DNA of 62,452 nucleotides, taken from contig JBLNEL010000411.1 in NCBI GenBank assembly GCA_050262615.1, positions 1 through 62,452 on the forward strand. Reading direction: 5' to 3'. This stretch comes from Bacillota bacterium. Its GTDB lineage: Bacteria; Bacteroidota; Ignavibacteria; Ignavibacteriales; SURF-24. A program made the translations under genes and the position numbers. Of this stretch, positions 30,101 through 39,928 are shown piece by piece. Each line of letters begins with the position of its first letter. Position 1 is the stretch's first letter. Below the pieces are notes generated by a model that ran no database searches, was not told where the DNA came from, and saw only the letters and a list, made by a program, of their open reading frames with translations.

Positions 30101-30814
30101 GCCTTTAACGGCGTCTATGTTAGAAAAGCCTTCGCCTGTACCGCAATAGATAATATCGGGATTAGAAGCTGACTGGCTAAGGACAGTTGTAGCAAGGTTT
30201 GGAAGTTCCGGAGTTTTATTCACCCAGTTATAGCCCATATCTGTAGTTTTCCATACTCCGCCGCTTGCAGAGCCGACAAACCAGGTTTTTCCAGATTTAT
30301 CTGATGGATCGATCAGTATTCCTCTTGTTCTTCCGCTTACATTTCCAGGACCGCGCTCAATCCAGTTTAATGACTGAGCAGCAACAGCAGACTTTGAAAG
30401 CCTGGCGGAATTAATAGCCTTATTAAGTTCTGTTACCTGATAGTTAGGCAGATACTGAGGTTCCGACTGACCCTCGCCAAGACGTATCATTCTGTCATAT
30501 TCAAAGAATTTTCCAGGCTCATCAAATCTTTCTTTTTCCTCCTGTTCATCTTCATTTTCATATTCATCCAGGTCTTTTATGTTTTCTTTTTCTCTCATTT
30601 CCTCCTTTTCTTTCATTTTCTCTTTTTCTCTCATTTCCTCTTTCAGAGATTTTTCCTGCCTGGTCAGTGCAGTTCCTTTAAAGGGGGCTTTGGGATTTTT
30701 GTGAAATAAGAGGTCATCTTTTCTGCCTGCAATTATGCTCTGTGCTAAAGAAAATGAGGAAAAGATCACAATTATCAGTACAATAAAGCCAGGGATTTTC
30801 CTGTTAATGGTCAT
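27200..30814 (-). CDS. Large secreted BNR/Asp-box (sortilin/Vps10-like beta-propeller) protein with a T9SS CTD
   Basis: 1204 aa with about 10 Asp-boxes (STDHGNSW, STDGGTSW, STNSGLSW, STNAGQNW, STDNGTSW, STDGGESW, TTDLGNSW, STDNGLSW..). Charged in-frame repeat KEEMREKEKMKEKEEMREKE near the N-terminus. The C-terminus YSLAQNYPNPFNPSTTITYAL..IYRIKAGDFTSSRKLMLLK is a T9SS CTD. Confidence 0.72.
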   Translation of the reverse strand: MTINRKIPGFIVLIIVIFSSFSLAQSIIAGRKDDLLFHKNPKAPFKGTALTRQEKSLKEEMREKEKMKEKEEMREKENIKDLDEYENEDEQEEKERFDEPGKFFEYDRMIRLGEGQSEPQYLPNYQVTELNKAINSARLSKSAVAAQSLNWIERGPGNVSGRTRGILIDPSDKSGKTWFVGSASGGVWKTTDMGYNWVNKTPELPNLATTVLSQSASNPDIIYCGTGEGFSNIDAVKGSGIFKSTDHGNSWSQLPSTVNFNFYCVNRIIVDPQNPDILLACTRSGPDASKYPGGILRSTDGGTSWTKVYTTSAVRGVQDLQADPSNFQIQYASVHSIGVIKSTNSGLSWSNTGTGLSTSGRIEIAVSGKNSQYLYAGAEISGGSALYMSTNAGQNWNKVNAASGSNPNWLGGQGWYDNVITVNPYNENIVYIAGIDIWQAEIVSTQNFTANFSPVTDAYGAAPKPYIHPDQHSLVIFPKDPANGIFWIVNGNDGGVYVSTDNGTSWRATLSGGYNTTQFYGVDKKHGANEYIGGTQDNGTWLSPLGADADGKTEYKSVIGGDGFEAAWHYKNPLKIIGSSQYNNFRKSTDGGESWFSATSGLSDVGSGKGQFISKIAKSNIDPDIIYTTGSKGIWRSENFGDSWNLSTISSGTWAFNSGATPISISLADPQIVWSGSSFSNLSSRLFLSTDAGLTFNLVSPYGGVSLGTITGINTHPADPKTAYLTFSISGSPKILRTTDLGNSWQDITGFGSAGVSSNGFPNVATYCVLQMPFNTNIIWAGTEIGLFESTDNGLSWHYAQNGLPAVCIWDMKIVDDQVILATHGRGIYSVTLTELKGYSLPVVTLSPLLLNLAQAPDGQLVVQADLRSAYDSVLYVIDSTCVLRQTNTTPVQPVLRFPVSAPAYVRASIIAYKNEKKYQTMTKDLQMVTVQPYRLSYYNDFNKISNDFSGNFSVKRPAGFSSSAIHSPHPYTTNVNYLYSLNFPLKVAAENAFVEYDDIAIVEPGDPGTKFGDEAFWDYVVVEASTNGFTWVPLENGYDCNYNDYWRKLWDNGSSPDSTAFIHHKINLLSKFNAGDVILLRLRLFSDEGSFGWGWAIDNFSIQGNLTEVNDPISLPEQYSLAQNYPNPFNPSTTITYALSKRSNVELKIFDMLGREVTTLVNREEAAGTYKVDFDASALPSGIYIYRIKAGDFTSSRKLMLLK

Positions 30815-30864
30815 GCGGAGTCCTGTTAATTAGTTGATTTATATATTTTATTGCAAATCTTAGT

Positions 30865-30912
30865 CTTAAAAGGTCTTAATCTTAAAAGGTCTTAATCTTA
30901 AAGGGCGGTCTT
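30865..30912. repeat. 16-nt tandem repeat x3 (cttaaaaggtcttaat x2 plus a degenerate copy)
   Basis: Read directly from the sequence. The third copy overlaps the TAA stop (30898-30900) and the last codons of the 155-aa lipoprotein gene. Confidence 0.8.
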
Positions 30913-31365
30913 TTGATGTTTATCTATGTCAAAAATATAGCCCTGGGGCTTATCCTGTTCATCGGTTGAGATTATTGCCGGAGTAACAATTACTTCCACC
31001 TGGTGATCATTTTTCCAGGATACAGTTGCCTTTGGTACCACATCTTCGAAAATGATCATATTTTTTTTAATATCGAAAACAAAAAAGTGAATTGCCGGAT
31101 AAGGGTTATTGCTAGATTCCTTTTCCCGGCTTAATGCCAGGACGAAACTTTTTTCCGGCGAATTATACAGGTACTCAACATTATCACCATATCTGGAGAG
31201 GGCAAGCTGAATATAGCTTTTCAGGGTCTGATTATTTTCAGAGCCGGACTGCTGTTTTTCAACCGAAGATGAACAACAGCCTGTCAGAATTAAGGCAGGT
31301 AAAAAAAATACAAAAACAAAGTGCTTAGTTATACTATTTACAAACCGTTTTGCTATATTATTCAT
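30898..31365 (-). CDS. Small lipoprotein, function unknown
   Basis: 155 aa with the lipobox-like segment LILTGCCSSS. Confidence 0.45.
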   Translation of the reverse strand: MNNIAKRFVNSITKHFVFVFFLPALILTGCCSSSVEKQQSGSENNQTLKSYIQLALSRYGDNVEYLYNSPEKSFVLALSREKESSNNPYPAIHFFVFDIKKNMIIFEDVVPKATVSWKNDHQVEVIVTPAIISTDEQDKPQGYIFDIDKHQKTAL

Positions 31366-31570
31366 GTTTATGATTGCCGGAATTTTCGTCTGTAAAATAA
31401 CAGGAAAAGTTTTAATATAAATATTTGTCCGGATTAAAATATTGAAAATAATCTTCAGATGTTATTTTAATAAAAAAGTAAAGAAAATAAAAGTTTTAAT
31501 GTTTAATACTTAAAATGCCGGAACTATTCACGTGCGTTTTTTGTATTCAATAAAAAATTATGGAGAATGA

Positions 31571-32515
31571 ATGAAAGTTGGAATTATAGGTGCCGGGTTA
31601 GTTGGCGCGACATCAGCCTATGCAATTGTAATGTCGAAGGCTGCAAGTGAAGTTGTTTTAATAGATGCAAATCAAAAGCGAGCAATAGCAGAGGCAGCTG
31701 ATATTCAGCATGCAGTTCCCTTTACACATCCGACAGATGTATATGCCGGAACTTATAGTGATCTTAAAGATGCAAAGATAGTAATTATTGCTGCCGGGGC
31801 AAGTCAGAAGCCAGGGGAGACAAGGCTGGAGCTTTTTGAGAGGAATGCAGCGATATTAAATCAGATCATTCCGCAGGCACTTGAAGCTGCACCAAACACG
31901 ATCTTTCTGATAGCAACAAATCCAGTTGACGTAATAACACACATCAGCTATAAAATTGCATCAGAGCATGGAGTTCCATCTTCAAGAGTAATCGGGTCAG
32001 GCACAACCTTAGATACTGCGCGTTTCAGGTCACTTTTGGGAGCCCATCTTGGAGTTGACTCGCAGCATGTGCATGGTTATGTAATAGGCGAGCATGGGGA
32101 TTCTGAAGTGCTTACCTGGTCCAATATAGATATTGGGGGCGTTCCGCTTGAAGACTATATAGAATACAGAAAGATTGAATTTACTGATAAGGTAAGGCAG
32201 GAGATTGACGACAGTGTACGGAATGCTGCTTATAAGATAATAGAAGGAAAGGGATCAACATATTATGGTATTGGTGCGGCAATAGCAAGAATAGTTGATG
32301 CTATAAATCGTGATAACCGGGCTGTTCTTACTGTTTGCGGGGTTAATGAAGATGTAGAAGGTGTAAAGGATGTAACCCTAGCGCTTCCAAACCTTATTTC
32401 CGGTGCTGGTAATTTATGTACGCTGCCATTAAGGTTAAGTGCAAGAGAAAAAGCTCTGTTAAGAAAAAGTGCCGAGATAATCCGTGAGAAAATAGATGAG
32501 TATGAAAGGAAGTAA
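31571..32515 (+). CDS. ldh: L-lactate dehydrogenase
   Basis: Rossmann MKVGIIGAGLVGATSAYA, the substrate/catalytic block IGEHGDSEV and TNPVDV. Length 314 aa. Confidence 0.9.
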   Translation: MKVGIIGAGLVGATSAYAIVMSKAASEVVLIDANQKRAIAEAADIQHAVPFTHPTDVYAGTYSDLKDAKIVIIAAGASQKPGETRLELFERNAAILNQIIPQALEAAPNTIFLIATNPVDVITHISYKIASEHGVPSSRVIGSGTTLDTARFRSLLGAHLGVDSQHVHGYVIGEHGDSEVLTWSNIDIGGVPLEDYIEYRKIEFTDKVRQEIDDSVRNAAYKIIEGKGSTYYGIGAAIARIVDAINRDNRAVLTVCGVNEDVEGVKDVTLALPNLISGAGNLCTLPLRLSAREKALLRKSAEIIREKIDEYERK

Positions 32516-32570
32516 ATGAATATGAAAAGAAGCAGGTGTTGAGGATTAAATTTAGTCATTAAATAAAGAA

Positions 32571-32603
32571 GCCTCCCTTTTTCTTTTTAAGTCAAAGGGA
32601 GGC
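32571..32603. terminator. Bidirectional terminator between ldh and the convergent T9SS cargo gene
   Basis: gcctcccttt / aaagggaggc forms a 10-bp stem with T-rich flanks on both strands. Confidence 0.65.
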
Positions 32604-32682
32604 AAGTTGTATATTTTTTTACCTAATTAAAGGCCCATGTAATAGACTAATCAGCAGACTAATCAGCTGATCTTAATAATGT

Positions 32683-34848
32683 TTATTTGAGTATTACCAT
32701 TTTGCGGCTTATCTTATTGCCTGAGCCAGAGAGCTCATAGAGATATATACCGCTTGAAAGTGCAGATGCGTCAAATTTCACTGAATAACTGCCTGCATTC
32801 TGGAATGAATTAACCAAAGTTGTCACTTCCCTGCCCAGGATGTTATAGATCTTAAGAGTGACCATACCGCTTTTAGCAATGCTATAGCTGATATTTGTAG
32901 AAGGATTAAACGGATTAGGGTAATTTTGCTCAAGAGCAAACTTTTCAGGTGAAGTCAGTCTATCATTCTGAAGAGTAGTTTTTGCAGGTTTCTTTTCCCA
33001 AATTTTATAAACACTACCTGAATAACCGCTTATAACAATAGTTGAATCATTAAGCCTTGCAATTGCCGAGAGGTCTTCGCCGAAGTTTGCCGAGTCAACT
33101 TTTACCATTTTATTTGGGCCTGAAGAGCGCAGTATAACTCCGCCGGTACCTACTGCCCAGACGGTAGAGTCGTTAAAAGCAAAAACGCTGCGCATAACAG
33201 ATCCGTTTAATGAAGATGTATCTGTAAGCAGAGTGACAGATCTGAAGCCGTCGTCCGTCTTATAAACAGCGCCTCGTTCACCGGCAATAAAGCCTAAGGA
33301 TTCATTAAGCATATATATGCTTGTAATTTGTCCAGATGGGCTTGAAAGCACGCCATGGACCCAGTTATTGGAGTCATAAGTTTCATAAAGTCTGTCAGCT
33401 GAACCCACAGTAAATCCGCGCACGGCTGAGGTCATTTTAATATCGTAGAGTGTTGCAGGGATCTGCTGGACCAGGTACCATGATTGTCCGTGATTGCCTG
33501 TGCGGAGAATTTTACCTTCGCTTGTTACCATATAGCCGTTTTCCTTATCTAGGAAAAAGAGTTTATAGTTTTTGGCAGTAGTAGCAGGCAGGCTGTAGTT
33601 TAGCCAGTTCTGTCCGTTATCAGTCGATACATAATAAGCACCGTCGCGTCCGCAGGTATAGATCCTATTGCCGAACTTAACAGCGTCATGCAGAAGGCTG
33701 CCGATAACAAGAGGCGATTTATCCCAGGTTTTTCCGCCATCGGTTGTAAGGTTTATTTCGCCCCTGTAAGTTGAGGCCGACCCTCCAGCAATAACAATAT
33801 TGAGTGAATCTTCAGCATAAATGCTATAAAAGTCACGGTTTGTATTGGCAAGTGACTTCCAGTTGGTGCCGTAGTCAGAAGTAATGAACATATTGCTTCT
33901 ATATCCGCCTAAGAGCATAGTTTTATTGTCGAGTCTGATCTGAGTTCTAAGAACTTCAGAAGTAAATGAATTTCTTACACTCCAAGTAGTCCCTTTATCC
34001 GAAGTCAGGAAGACAACTCCGTTAGTGCCGACAACGCAGCCGTGTGAATCATCAAAGAATTTTATACTATATAAAGTAAGTGTAGCATCGATATTCGGGG
34101 TAGAAAGGAGAGTAAATGTAGCGCCGTGATCAGTACTTTTAAGAATGCATCCTTTTCCGCAAGTAAAGTAAGTGCTGTCGTTAAGTCTTGCTATATCATA
34201 AAAAGTAACGCTGCTGCCCGGTACAGTTGAGTAAGTCTGATTTGTCCAGGTAGTTCCGCCGTCGGTTGTGAGGTAAATTTTCTTTGAGGAGCCGACTGCG
34301 ATACCTCTTGATTTACTTTCCCAGTACATTTTTTCGAGTGAATTTGTTGTTCCAGTAGATACTGTATTCCAGGTTTTGCCGCCATTAGTGGTCTTAAGCA
34401 TATTGGAAGTAACGCTATAGCTTCCGCAGACAAAGCCGGTATCAGCATTTAAGAAGAAGATGTCGCTAAGCTGTCCGTTATGCAGGAGAGTGTCTCTTTG
34501 GGATGTCCAGGATTTACCCCCATCGGTAGTTTTATAGATTGAGCCTTCGCTGCCAGCAACCCAGCCGATGTTTTCGCTGACAAATGAAACAGCAGTAAGT
34601 TTATCTGTATCTTTGACTAAATTCAGTGGGAGCATCTCCCATTTTTGTCCCATGTTGGTTGATTTTGCAACAAAGCTCATTTCGCCTGTTGAATAAATAT
34701 CATAACCCAGTACGTATATAGTGTTACCAGCCATGCTGAAATTTCTTACATCACCCGGAAAACCAGGTGTTCTAATAAGAGTCTTAGTATGCTGCGGGAA
34801 TAACAAATTAGTGAAAATGAAAAGGGAAAAAAGTAAAAATTGCTTCAC
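32683..34848 (-). CDS. Secreted BNR/Asp-box, Ycf48-like beta-propeller repeat protein with a T9SS CTD
   Basis: 721 aa with Asp-boxes STNMGQKW, TTDGGKSW, TTNGGKTW, TTDGGTTW, TSDKGTTW, TTDGGKTW and STDNGQNW. The C-terminus LEQNYPNPFNPSTNISYSI..LYELSGSGNKISRKMVILK is a T9SS CTD. GTG start. Confidence 0.72.
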   Translation of the reverse strand: MKQFLLFSLFIFTNLLFPQHTKTLIRTPGFPGDVRNFSMAGNTIYVLGYDIYSTGEMSFVAKSTNMGQKWEMLPLNLVKDTDKLTAVSFVSENIGWVAGSEGSIYKTTDGGKSWTSQRDTLLHNGQLSDIFFLNADTGFVCGSYSVTSNMLKTTNGGKTWNTVSTGTTNSLEKMYWESKSRGIAVGSSKKIYLTTDGGTTWTNQTYSTVPGSSVTFYDIARLNDSTYFTCGKGCILKSTDHGATFTLLSTPNIDATLTLYSIKFFDDSHGCVVGTNGVVFLTSDKGTTWSVRNSFTSEVLRTQIRLDNKTMLLGGYRSNMFITSDYGTNWKSLANTNRDFYSIYAEDSLNIVIAGGSASTYRGEINLTTDGGKTWDKSPLVIGSLLHDAVKFGNRIYTCGRDGAYYVSTDNGQNWLNYSLPATTAKNYKLFFLDKENGYMVTSEGKILRTGNHGQSWYLVQQIPATLYDIKMTSAVRGFTVGSADRLYETYDSNNWVHGVLSSPSGQITSIYMLNESLGFIAGERGAVYKTDDGFRSVTLLTDTSSLNGSVMRSVFAFNDSTVWAVGTGGVILRSSGPNKMVKVDSANFGEDLSAIARLNDSTIVISGYSGSVYKIWEKKPAKTTLQNDRLTSPEKFALEQNYPNPFNPSTNISYSIAKSGMVTLKIYNILGREVTTLVNSFQNAGSYSVKFDASALSSGIYLYELSGSGNKISRKMVILK

Positions 34849-34922
34849 TGCGTCTCTCCAATTGTATTTAATTCATCTATTGTGGGCGAAGATAGATAAA
34901 TATTTTATTACATCAAACTACA

Positions 34923-36677
34923 TCATTCAGCAGTAATCACGCTACTTTTTCCCCCGATCCCATTTTCATTAAAAGCTTCTATCTGGAAATAATATTTACG
35001 ATCCTTGTCCATAGCTGTAAAATAATATTCATTTCTGCCATAGACTGTAATACTATTATATAATTTATCAGGGGCGATGCCCGAATAGATCGTATATCCG
35101 TAAGCAGAATCATTCATCTGCCATTTAAGCCATGCATTTCTTGGTTCACTTTTTCCTCTGAGGGCGATAAAATCTTTAACAGTATCGGGGACTTTGCCTG
35201 AACCAGCACCGAAAACGCGAAAACCGCTTAAGGCGAATTTTCCAGTTGGCACATGAACATTTTCTATTTTCACATAGCGGGTTTTAACTGGTTTATCCAG
35301 TTCAATATAATCATGAGGGACATCGGTCTTATTTTCAGACTTATCGACAAGAGTTTTCCAATCCAGAGCATCATCTGAGTAACAGATCTTATACTGGTGG
35401 AAAATTCCGGACTGTTTTCCTCTGAATTCCGCATTCTGATCGGCATAATTTACCTGGATGGCAAATACAGAGCATACCGAGCCCAGGTCAGTTTGAAGCC
35501 ATTCACCTTTATTGCCTGTAGAAGCGCTCCAGTATGTTTTTATATTTTCATCCACTGCATAGTTAGCCTGGTAACCTCCAAAAGAAGAAGAAACCTGGAC
35601 AGGTTTATTGAAATTAAGTATCATCCATCCAGTAAAGCCTCGATTTTCGGGTCCTGTACCCGGAAGGTAATGCGGGTAATCACCATATGAAGTATTGCAG
35701 TAAAGAATACCGTCTTTATCGAATCCGGCAGGCCAGTATGCGATTCTTCTTTCGAAATTATTTTTTACTGAAATGGAGATTGTAGAAATATGCCACCAGT
35801 TGCCAAGTTTGTCTTTGTAAGTAGAGCCATGACCTGCGCCAGAGATAAATCCTCCGGGTTTATATGAAAACGGGTTATGATCCTGATAAGTAAAAGGTCC
35901 CAACGGGATATCTCCAATATAAACCCCATCGGCATAGCCGCTGAATTCAGTGCCTGGAGCAGCGTACTGAAGGTAATATTTACCGTTATATTTTGTCATC
36001 CAGGCTCCTTCGATAAATGGATCCAGGAATGTATTATCTGCATGCTCGCCGAAGCGTTCCCAGCCATGGATCTGATCATGCAGACTGATCAGTTCTTTTC
36101 TTTCGCCTACCGGCTGAAAAGTCTTCCGGTTAAGCTCCTGCCCATAAATTGGGAAAGTGTTGCTTGAACCGAAGTAGATATATAAGCGGTTATCATCATC
36201 TAAAAACAAGTCAGGATCCCAGGCGCCGACCTGAAAAGAATCCACTGCCTCCTTCCAGCTGTCAACAGTCGGATCAGTGCTCATATAAAGAGGAAAGTCC
36301 TTAGTATAAGTTGACCCAATAAGAAGTAATGTATCGCCTAGTGAAACAGCTGCCGGAGCGCAGAGTTCGTCGTAGACCTTATGGAAGGGTTTCAGAAATT
36401 CGCGGTGCACGAATTTCCAGTTATACATATCCTCGCTCCACCAGTAGCCGTATTGATTAGTAGAGAACAGGAAGTATTTGTTTTTGAAGGTAAGGATAAC
36501 AGGGTCAGCTGTTGCCCGGTGTTTCTGCTGGCTGAAGTTAGGAATGGCAACGTATGCATAATCGATATTCAGCGGGTTGCAATAAGTTTTCTGCTGTGCA
36601 CGAGAGACAACGGAAGAAAAAAAGGCAGAAGAGAAAATGATAACAGATAACAAGAATGCCGAGGTAAAATGCCGCAT
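34923..36677 (-). CDS. Glycoside hydrolase family 43 with a C-terminal F5/8 type C (discoidin) domain and an FN3-like domain
   Basis: The GH43 catalytic triad context is ADPVILTF (Asp), GAWDPDLF (Asp) and IEGAWMTKYNGKYYLQY (Glu). The discoidin-like block is YAVDENIKTYWSASTGNKGEWLQTDLG. It has a signal peptide and no T9SS CTD. Confidence 0.8.
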   Translation of the reverse strand: MRHFTSAFLLSVIIFSSAFFSSVVSRAQQKTYCNPLNIDYAYVAIPNFSQQKHRATADPVILTFKNKYFLFSTNQYGYWWSEDMYNWKFVHREFLKPFHKVYDELCAPAAVSLGDTLLLIGSTYTKDFPLYMSTDPTVDSWKEAVDSFQVGAWDPDLFLDDDNRLYIYFGSSNTFPIYGQELNRKTFQPVGERKELISLHDQIHGWERFGEHADNTFLDPFIEGAWMTKYNGKYYLQYAAPGTEFSGYADGVYIGDIPLGPFTYQDHNPFSYKPGGFISGAGHGSTYKDKLGNWWHISTISISVKNNFERRIAYWPAGFDKDGILYCNTSYGDYPHYLPGTGPENRGFTGWMILNFNKPVQVSSSFGGYQANYAVDENIKTYWSASTGNKGEWLQTDLGSVCSVFAIQVNYADQNAEFRGKQSGIFHQYKICYSDDALDWKTLVDKSENKTDVPHDYIELDKPVKTRYVKIENVHVPTGKFALSGFRVFGAGSGKVPDTVKDFIALRGKSEPRNAWLKWQMNDSAYGYTIYSGIAPDKLYNSITVYGRNEYYFTAMDKDRKYYFQIEAFNENGIGGKSSVITAE

Positions 36678-36864
36678 AACTTCCTCTTATCTTTTTTCAG
36701 TTATGCTCAATTTAAGGAAATTCCGGAAAAGAAAAACCTTGTAAGAGAATCCTTGAAAAAGAAACATAAAAAGATATTCAGGAGAAGTTAAAAGGACTCT
36801 GATTTTAAGTCAAGTAAGATGAGTCAGGCGAACGGGAGAGAGGATTAAAGTGGGGACAAAAGCA

Positions 36865-36901
36865 GGCATTCCGTTCTTCTCTTTAAGAGGAGCGGAATGC
36901 C
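36865..36901 (-). terminator. Terminator after the 914-aa T9SS cargo gene
   Basis: ggcattccg / cggaatgcc stem, 13 nt beyond the stop. Confidence 0.55.
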
Positions 36902-36913
36902 AGTGAAGAATTG

Positions 36914-39649
36914 TTATTTTAAGTAAAGCATTTTAATCGTATTTATATAAGCTTCTTTGCCATTTAGAGGAACGGCATTAATAGTATAGAAGTATATACC
37001 GCTTGAGATTACTCTGCCAGACTTTTGTGCATTAAATCTGAGGTTATACTCTCCCGGATCCTGAATGCCGTTATAAAGAGTTTCTATTTCACTACCCAAG
37101 ATATCATATATCTTCAGTGTTACGCGGCATGCCTCAGGCAATGCGTACTGAATTAAGGTCGAAGGGTTAAACGGATTAGGATAATTCTGTTTAAGAGAGA
37201 AGTTTACAGGAACAGAATTCCCGTTAATCTTATCTGATACATTGGATGTAGTAACCAGGTTAAATCTTACGGCATCACTTCTTAATACAGAATTAGGGTT
37301 TGTATTTCCGCCGTTATCAATAACTGAAACAGAGACCAAAGAGCCGCTTTTCAGGTAACGAGTAGCCAGTTTGCACCAGTCTCCGCTTCCTATATTCTGA
37401 TCGATATAAAACGAATCTTTAACACCAGTGCCTGAATTCAAAACATAAAGAGCATGATTAGAAGCATTTACAGTAACAGGAACGATATAGAGTATGTCAT
37501 AAGTACCGGATTTTTCAAGTATTTTGGAAAATGTAGCGCTTGCTCCGGGTTTTTGTCCAAAGGAGGCATAGCGGCTTGTAGCGCCGAAAGCCTTTGCAAC
37601 GCTGTAAGACCAGGTACCGGTTTCCTTATAGAATTCTGGTTCCTCATTGTCGATAGCAGTGAAATAATTAACAGAAGTAGCTTTAATTACAGTTCTTGCT
37701 ATTGGTTTTGCCGGGTCGTTGCTTGCAATAAGAAGTGTATCTGAAATACTGCCAAGGTTTTTAGGCAGCACAACTACAGGGAGCTGAATAGTCTGCATGC
37801 TGCCGATAGTTAAAGGCATGCTGATGTTTACAGAAGTCTGATCACCTGTTGATTTGATATTTGTTATCTGAAGCGGGTCGGTACCCCTGTTCTGGACCTC
37901 GAGCATGTAATTTGTCTCTTTTTCGACAATAATATCTCCCAGTTCTGAAAAGTCAGCACGGATAAAGATATCTTTATCTCTTACCAGCGGAGTAATTTTA
38001 AGGGCATCAAAAGCAATTACTTTACCAGACTGGAGGTTTCCGCCTGAGGATATTTTGACCTCAACAGAGGAGTTATCCAAAGATGAGACAGTTGCAAGAT
38101 ATATCCAGCTGCGCAGTTTTGATGTTCCTTTTATTATAACCGTGTCAACTGATTTATCAGGCTTAGTAACCAGTACCTGAAGGCTGTCGGCGTGTTTATC
38201 AATTTTAGCAAACTGAGCAAACAGATTATATTTGCCAGCCTTTGGAAGAGCAGCTGAAATGCTAATAGAAGATGAGTTAACCGGGTCGACTGAAGCTCCC
38301 AGGTAAGCAATATCGAAGCATGAGTGATCAGTTGTTTTTGTCCAGTTTCCAGAATTTATTTTAACAGCTGAAGAGTCGCTGTCGATAAAGATATCATCAG
38401 GCAGAAAGTTTATAAGTTTCTTTGTAAGGTTGCCTGATAGATCAGTAACAGCAAGTCCTGCCTTAGCCAGAGTTGGTCGACTGGTAAATTCAGTGCGCCA
38501 GGCGAGGCTGCCTGTTTTCTGGCAATTAAGGATAGTATATCTTTCATAAATATCTTTTACGGCAAAGAAGGGCTGTTCCTGGAAGATTTCTTCAGATGTT
38601 GTAATATCAAAAGCTATTTTGCCGTTTTCTTCGACCTGTGCTATCTGGACTTCAGGGGCTTTAAAGTCGGTGGTTTTAAGCCATCTCTGATAAGCCTCAA
38701 CACCAGTGCAGTAGCGGAAAGGGGCTTTAGGATATTTTTTAGCAGAGATATGAGCAATTGAATCGACTCTTTTGAGGTTTGTCAGAAAGTCTTCTTCAGG
38801 CAAATGTCCCCAGAGGCAGGCTACCTGGTCAATTCCGCGTGAAGCCCTGGCGAATATGGAGTCCATTTCCTTCTGCTGAATAGAGCCTATATGTTTAGAG
38901 CGAACGTTCCAGCCTTTTGAGTTGCCGGGTATCTGATAATTTGATGGTGAAGGGTGATAAGGCACCCATTCAGCAGGGGCCAGAGACCAGTCGATAACGT
39001 TATCCAGAGGTTCTTCAAGGTCAATAAGTTTTTTCGAAGGATAGTCACTATGCAGGCTGTAAGGGAGCAGTTTGTTCAGGTAATTCTGCCAGTCATTATC
39101 CATAAAATGCCAGCCGCTTCGGAAAGAAACCGGGAACATATTTTCATCGATCAGGTTTTGTGCAAGTGTAAAATCAAAGTCCTTGCGGCTTTCGTTAAAT
39201 GTTTTAGCCTGGTTCCAGAAAAACTTTCCATCCAGGTCATAATCGCTCCAGAAGAAAGTATGATAATGGAGAGTCAGTTCATCGCCGAACTGAGCAATCT
39301 TATCTCCGTGGTATTTTTTCATCAGGTATGGAGCCATTGAGTTTGGCACTGGTGTATTGGCATTAATTGAGAGGTAGAACATATTGCCAGACATCATCCA
39401 CCATGTAAGTTTCATTACACCGCCGTAGGAGTCTTTAAGCTGATTGCGGAAGGCATCTTCCATTACCTGGTAGCCGTTACGCGAAGGGACTGTATAGAGG
39501 TCACCTTTTATATAGCAGTTGTAATTAGTGGTAGAAAGGCCTTCCCACATTCCAGTATCGCTGCCTAAGACAAGGTAAACATTGCCCTGGGCCTTTAATG
39601 AAGTGAAAGAACACAAAATAACAAAAAACAGTAATCTTAAGCTTTTCAT
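36914..39649 (-). CDS. Large secreted multidomain protein of unknown catalytic family with a T9SS CTD
   Basis: About 911 aa from ATG 39649 (the track uses GTG 39658). Signal peptide. The N-terminal domain of about 330 aa is unrecognised. Ig/ASH-like block LEVQNRGTDPLQITNIKSTGD. The C-terminus LKQNYPNPFNPSTLIQYAL..YFYTINAV is a T9SS CTD. Confidence 0.6.
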   Translation of the reverse strand: MKSLRLLFFVILCSFTSLKAQGNVYLVLGSDTGMWEGLSTTNYNCYIKGDLYTVPSRNGYQVMEDAFRNQLKDSYGGVMKLTWWMMSGNMFYLSINANTPVPNSMAPYLMKKYHGDKIAQFGDELTLHYHTFFWSDYDLDGKFFWNQAKTFNESRKDFDFTLAQNLIDENMFPVSFRSGWHFMDNDWQNYLNKLLPYSLHSDYPSKKLIDLEEPLDNVIDWSLAPAEWVPYHPSPSNYQIPGNSKGWNVRSKHIGSIQQKEMDSIFARASRGIDQVACLWGHLPEEDFLTNLKRVDSIAHISAKKYPKAPFRYCTGVEAYQRWLKTTDFKAPEVQIAQVEENGKIAFDITTSEEIFQEQPFFAVKDIYERYTILNCQKTGSLAWRTEFTSRPTLAKAGLAVTDLSGNLTKKLINFLPDDIFIDSDSSAVKINSGNWTKTTDHSCFDIAYLGASVDPVNSSSISISAALPKAGKYNLFAQFAKIDKHADSLQVLVTKPDKSVDTVIIKGTSKLRSWIYLATVSSLDNSSVEVKISSGGNLQSGKVIAFDALKITPLVRDKDIFIRADFSELGDIIVEKETNYMLEVQNRGTDPLQITNIKSTGDQTSVNISMPLTIGSMQTIQLPVVVLPKNLGSISDTLLIASNDPAKPIARTVIKATSVNYFTAIDNEEPEFYKETGTWSYSVAKAFGATSRYASFGQKPGASATFSKILEKSGTYDILYIVPVTVNASNHALYVLNSGTGVKDSFYIDQNIGSGDWCKLATRYLKSGSLVSVSVIDNGGNTNPNSVLRSDAVRFNLVTTSNVSDKINGNSVPVNFSLKQNYPNPFNPSTLIQYALPEACRVTLKIYDILGSEIETLYNGIQDPGEYNLRFNAQKSGRVISSGIYFYTINAVPLNGKEAYINTIKMLYLK

Positions 39650-39928
39650 GGCACTCACTAGTTTTTGTGAATATTACGTTTACGTTAAGTATATCACAAA
39701 GTTAATGAATTCCTAATATTATTATGACTAAAGTTTTTTTAAAAAAAATATGTTTCTTTTTTATAAAAAACTCTCCATCATATATCTTCAAAATATAAAT
39801 TTAAGCATAAATTCAACTTAGGGGTTATTGGCATAAAATATTGAAGTTTATACATAAATATACCAGAAGCCTGTTTTTATAAAAAAGTTTCAAGATAGCC
39901 GGGATACAATTAAATTTTTTCAAGTAAA

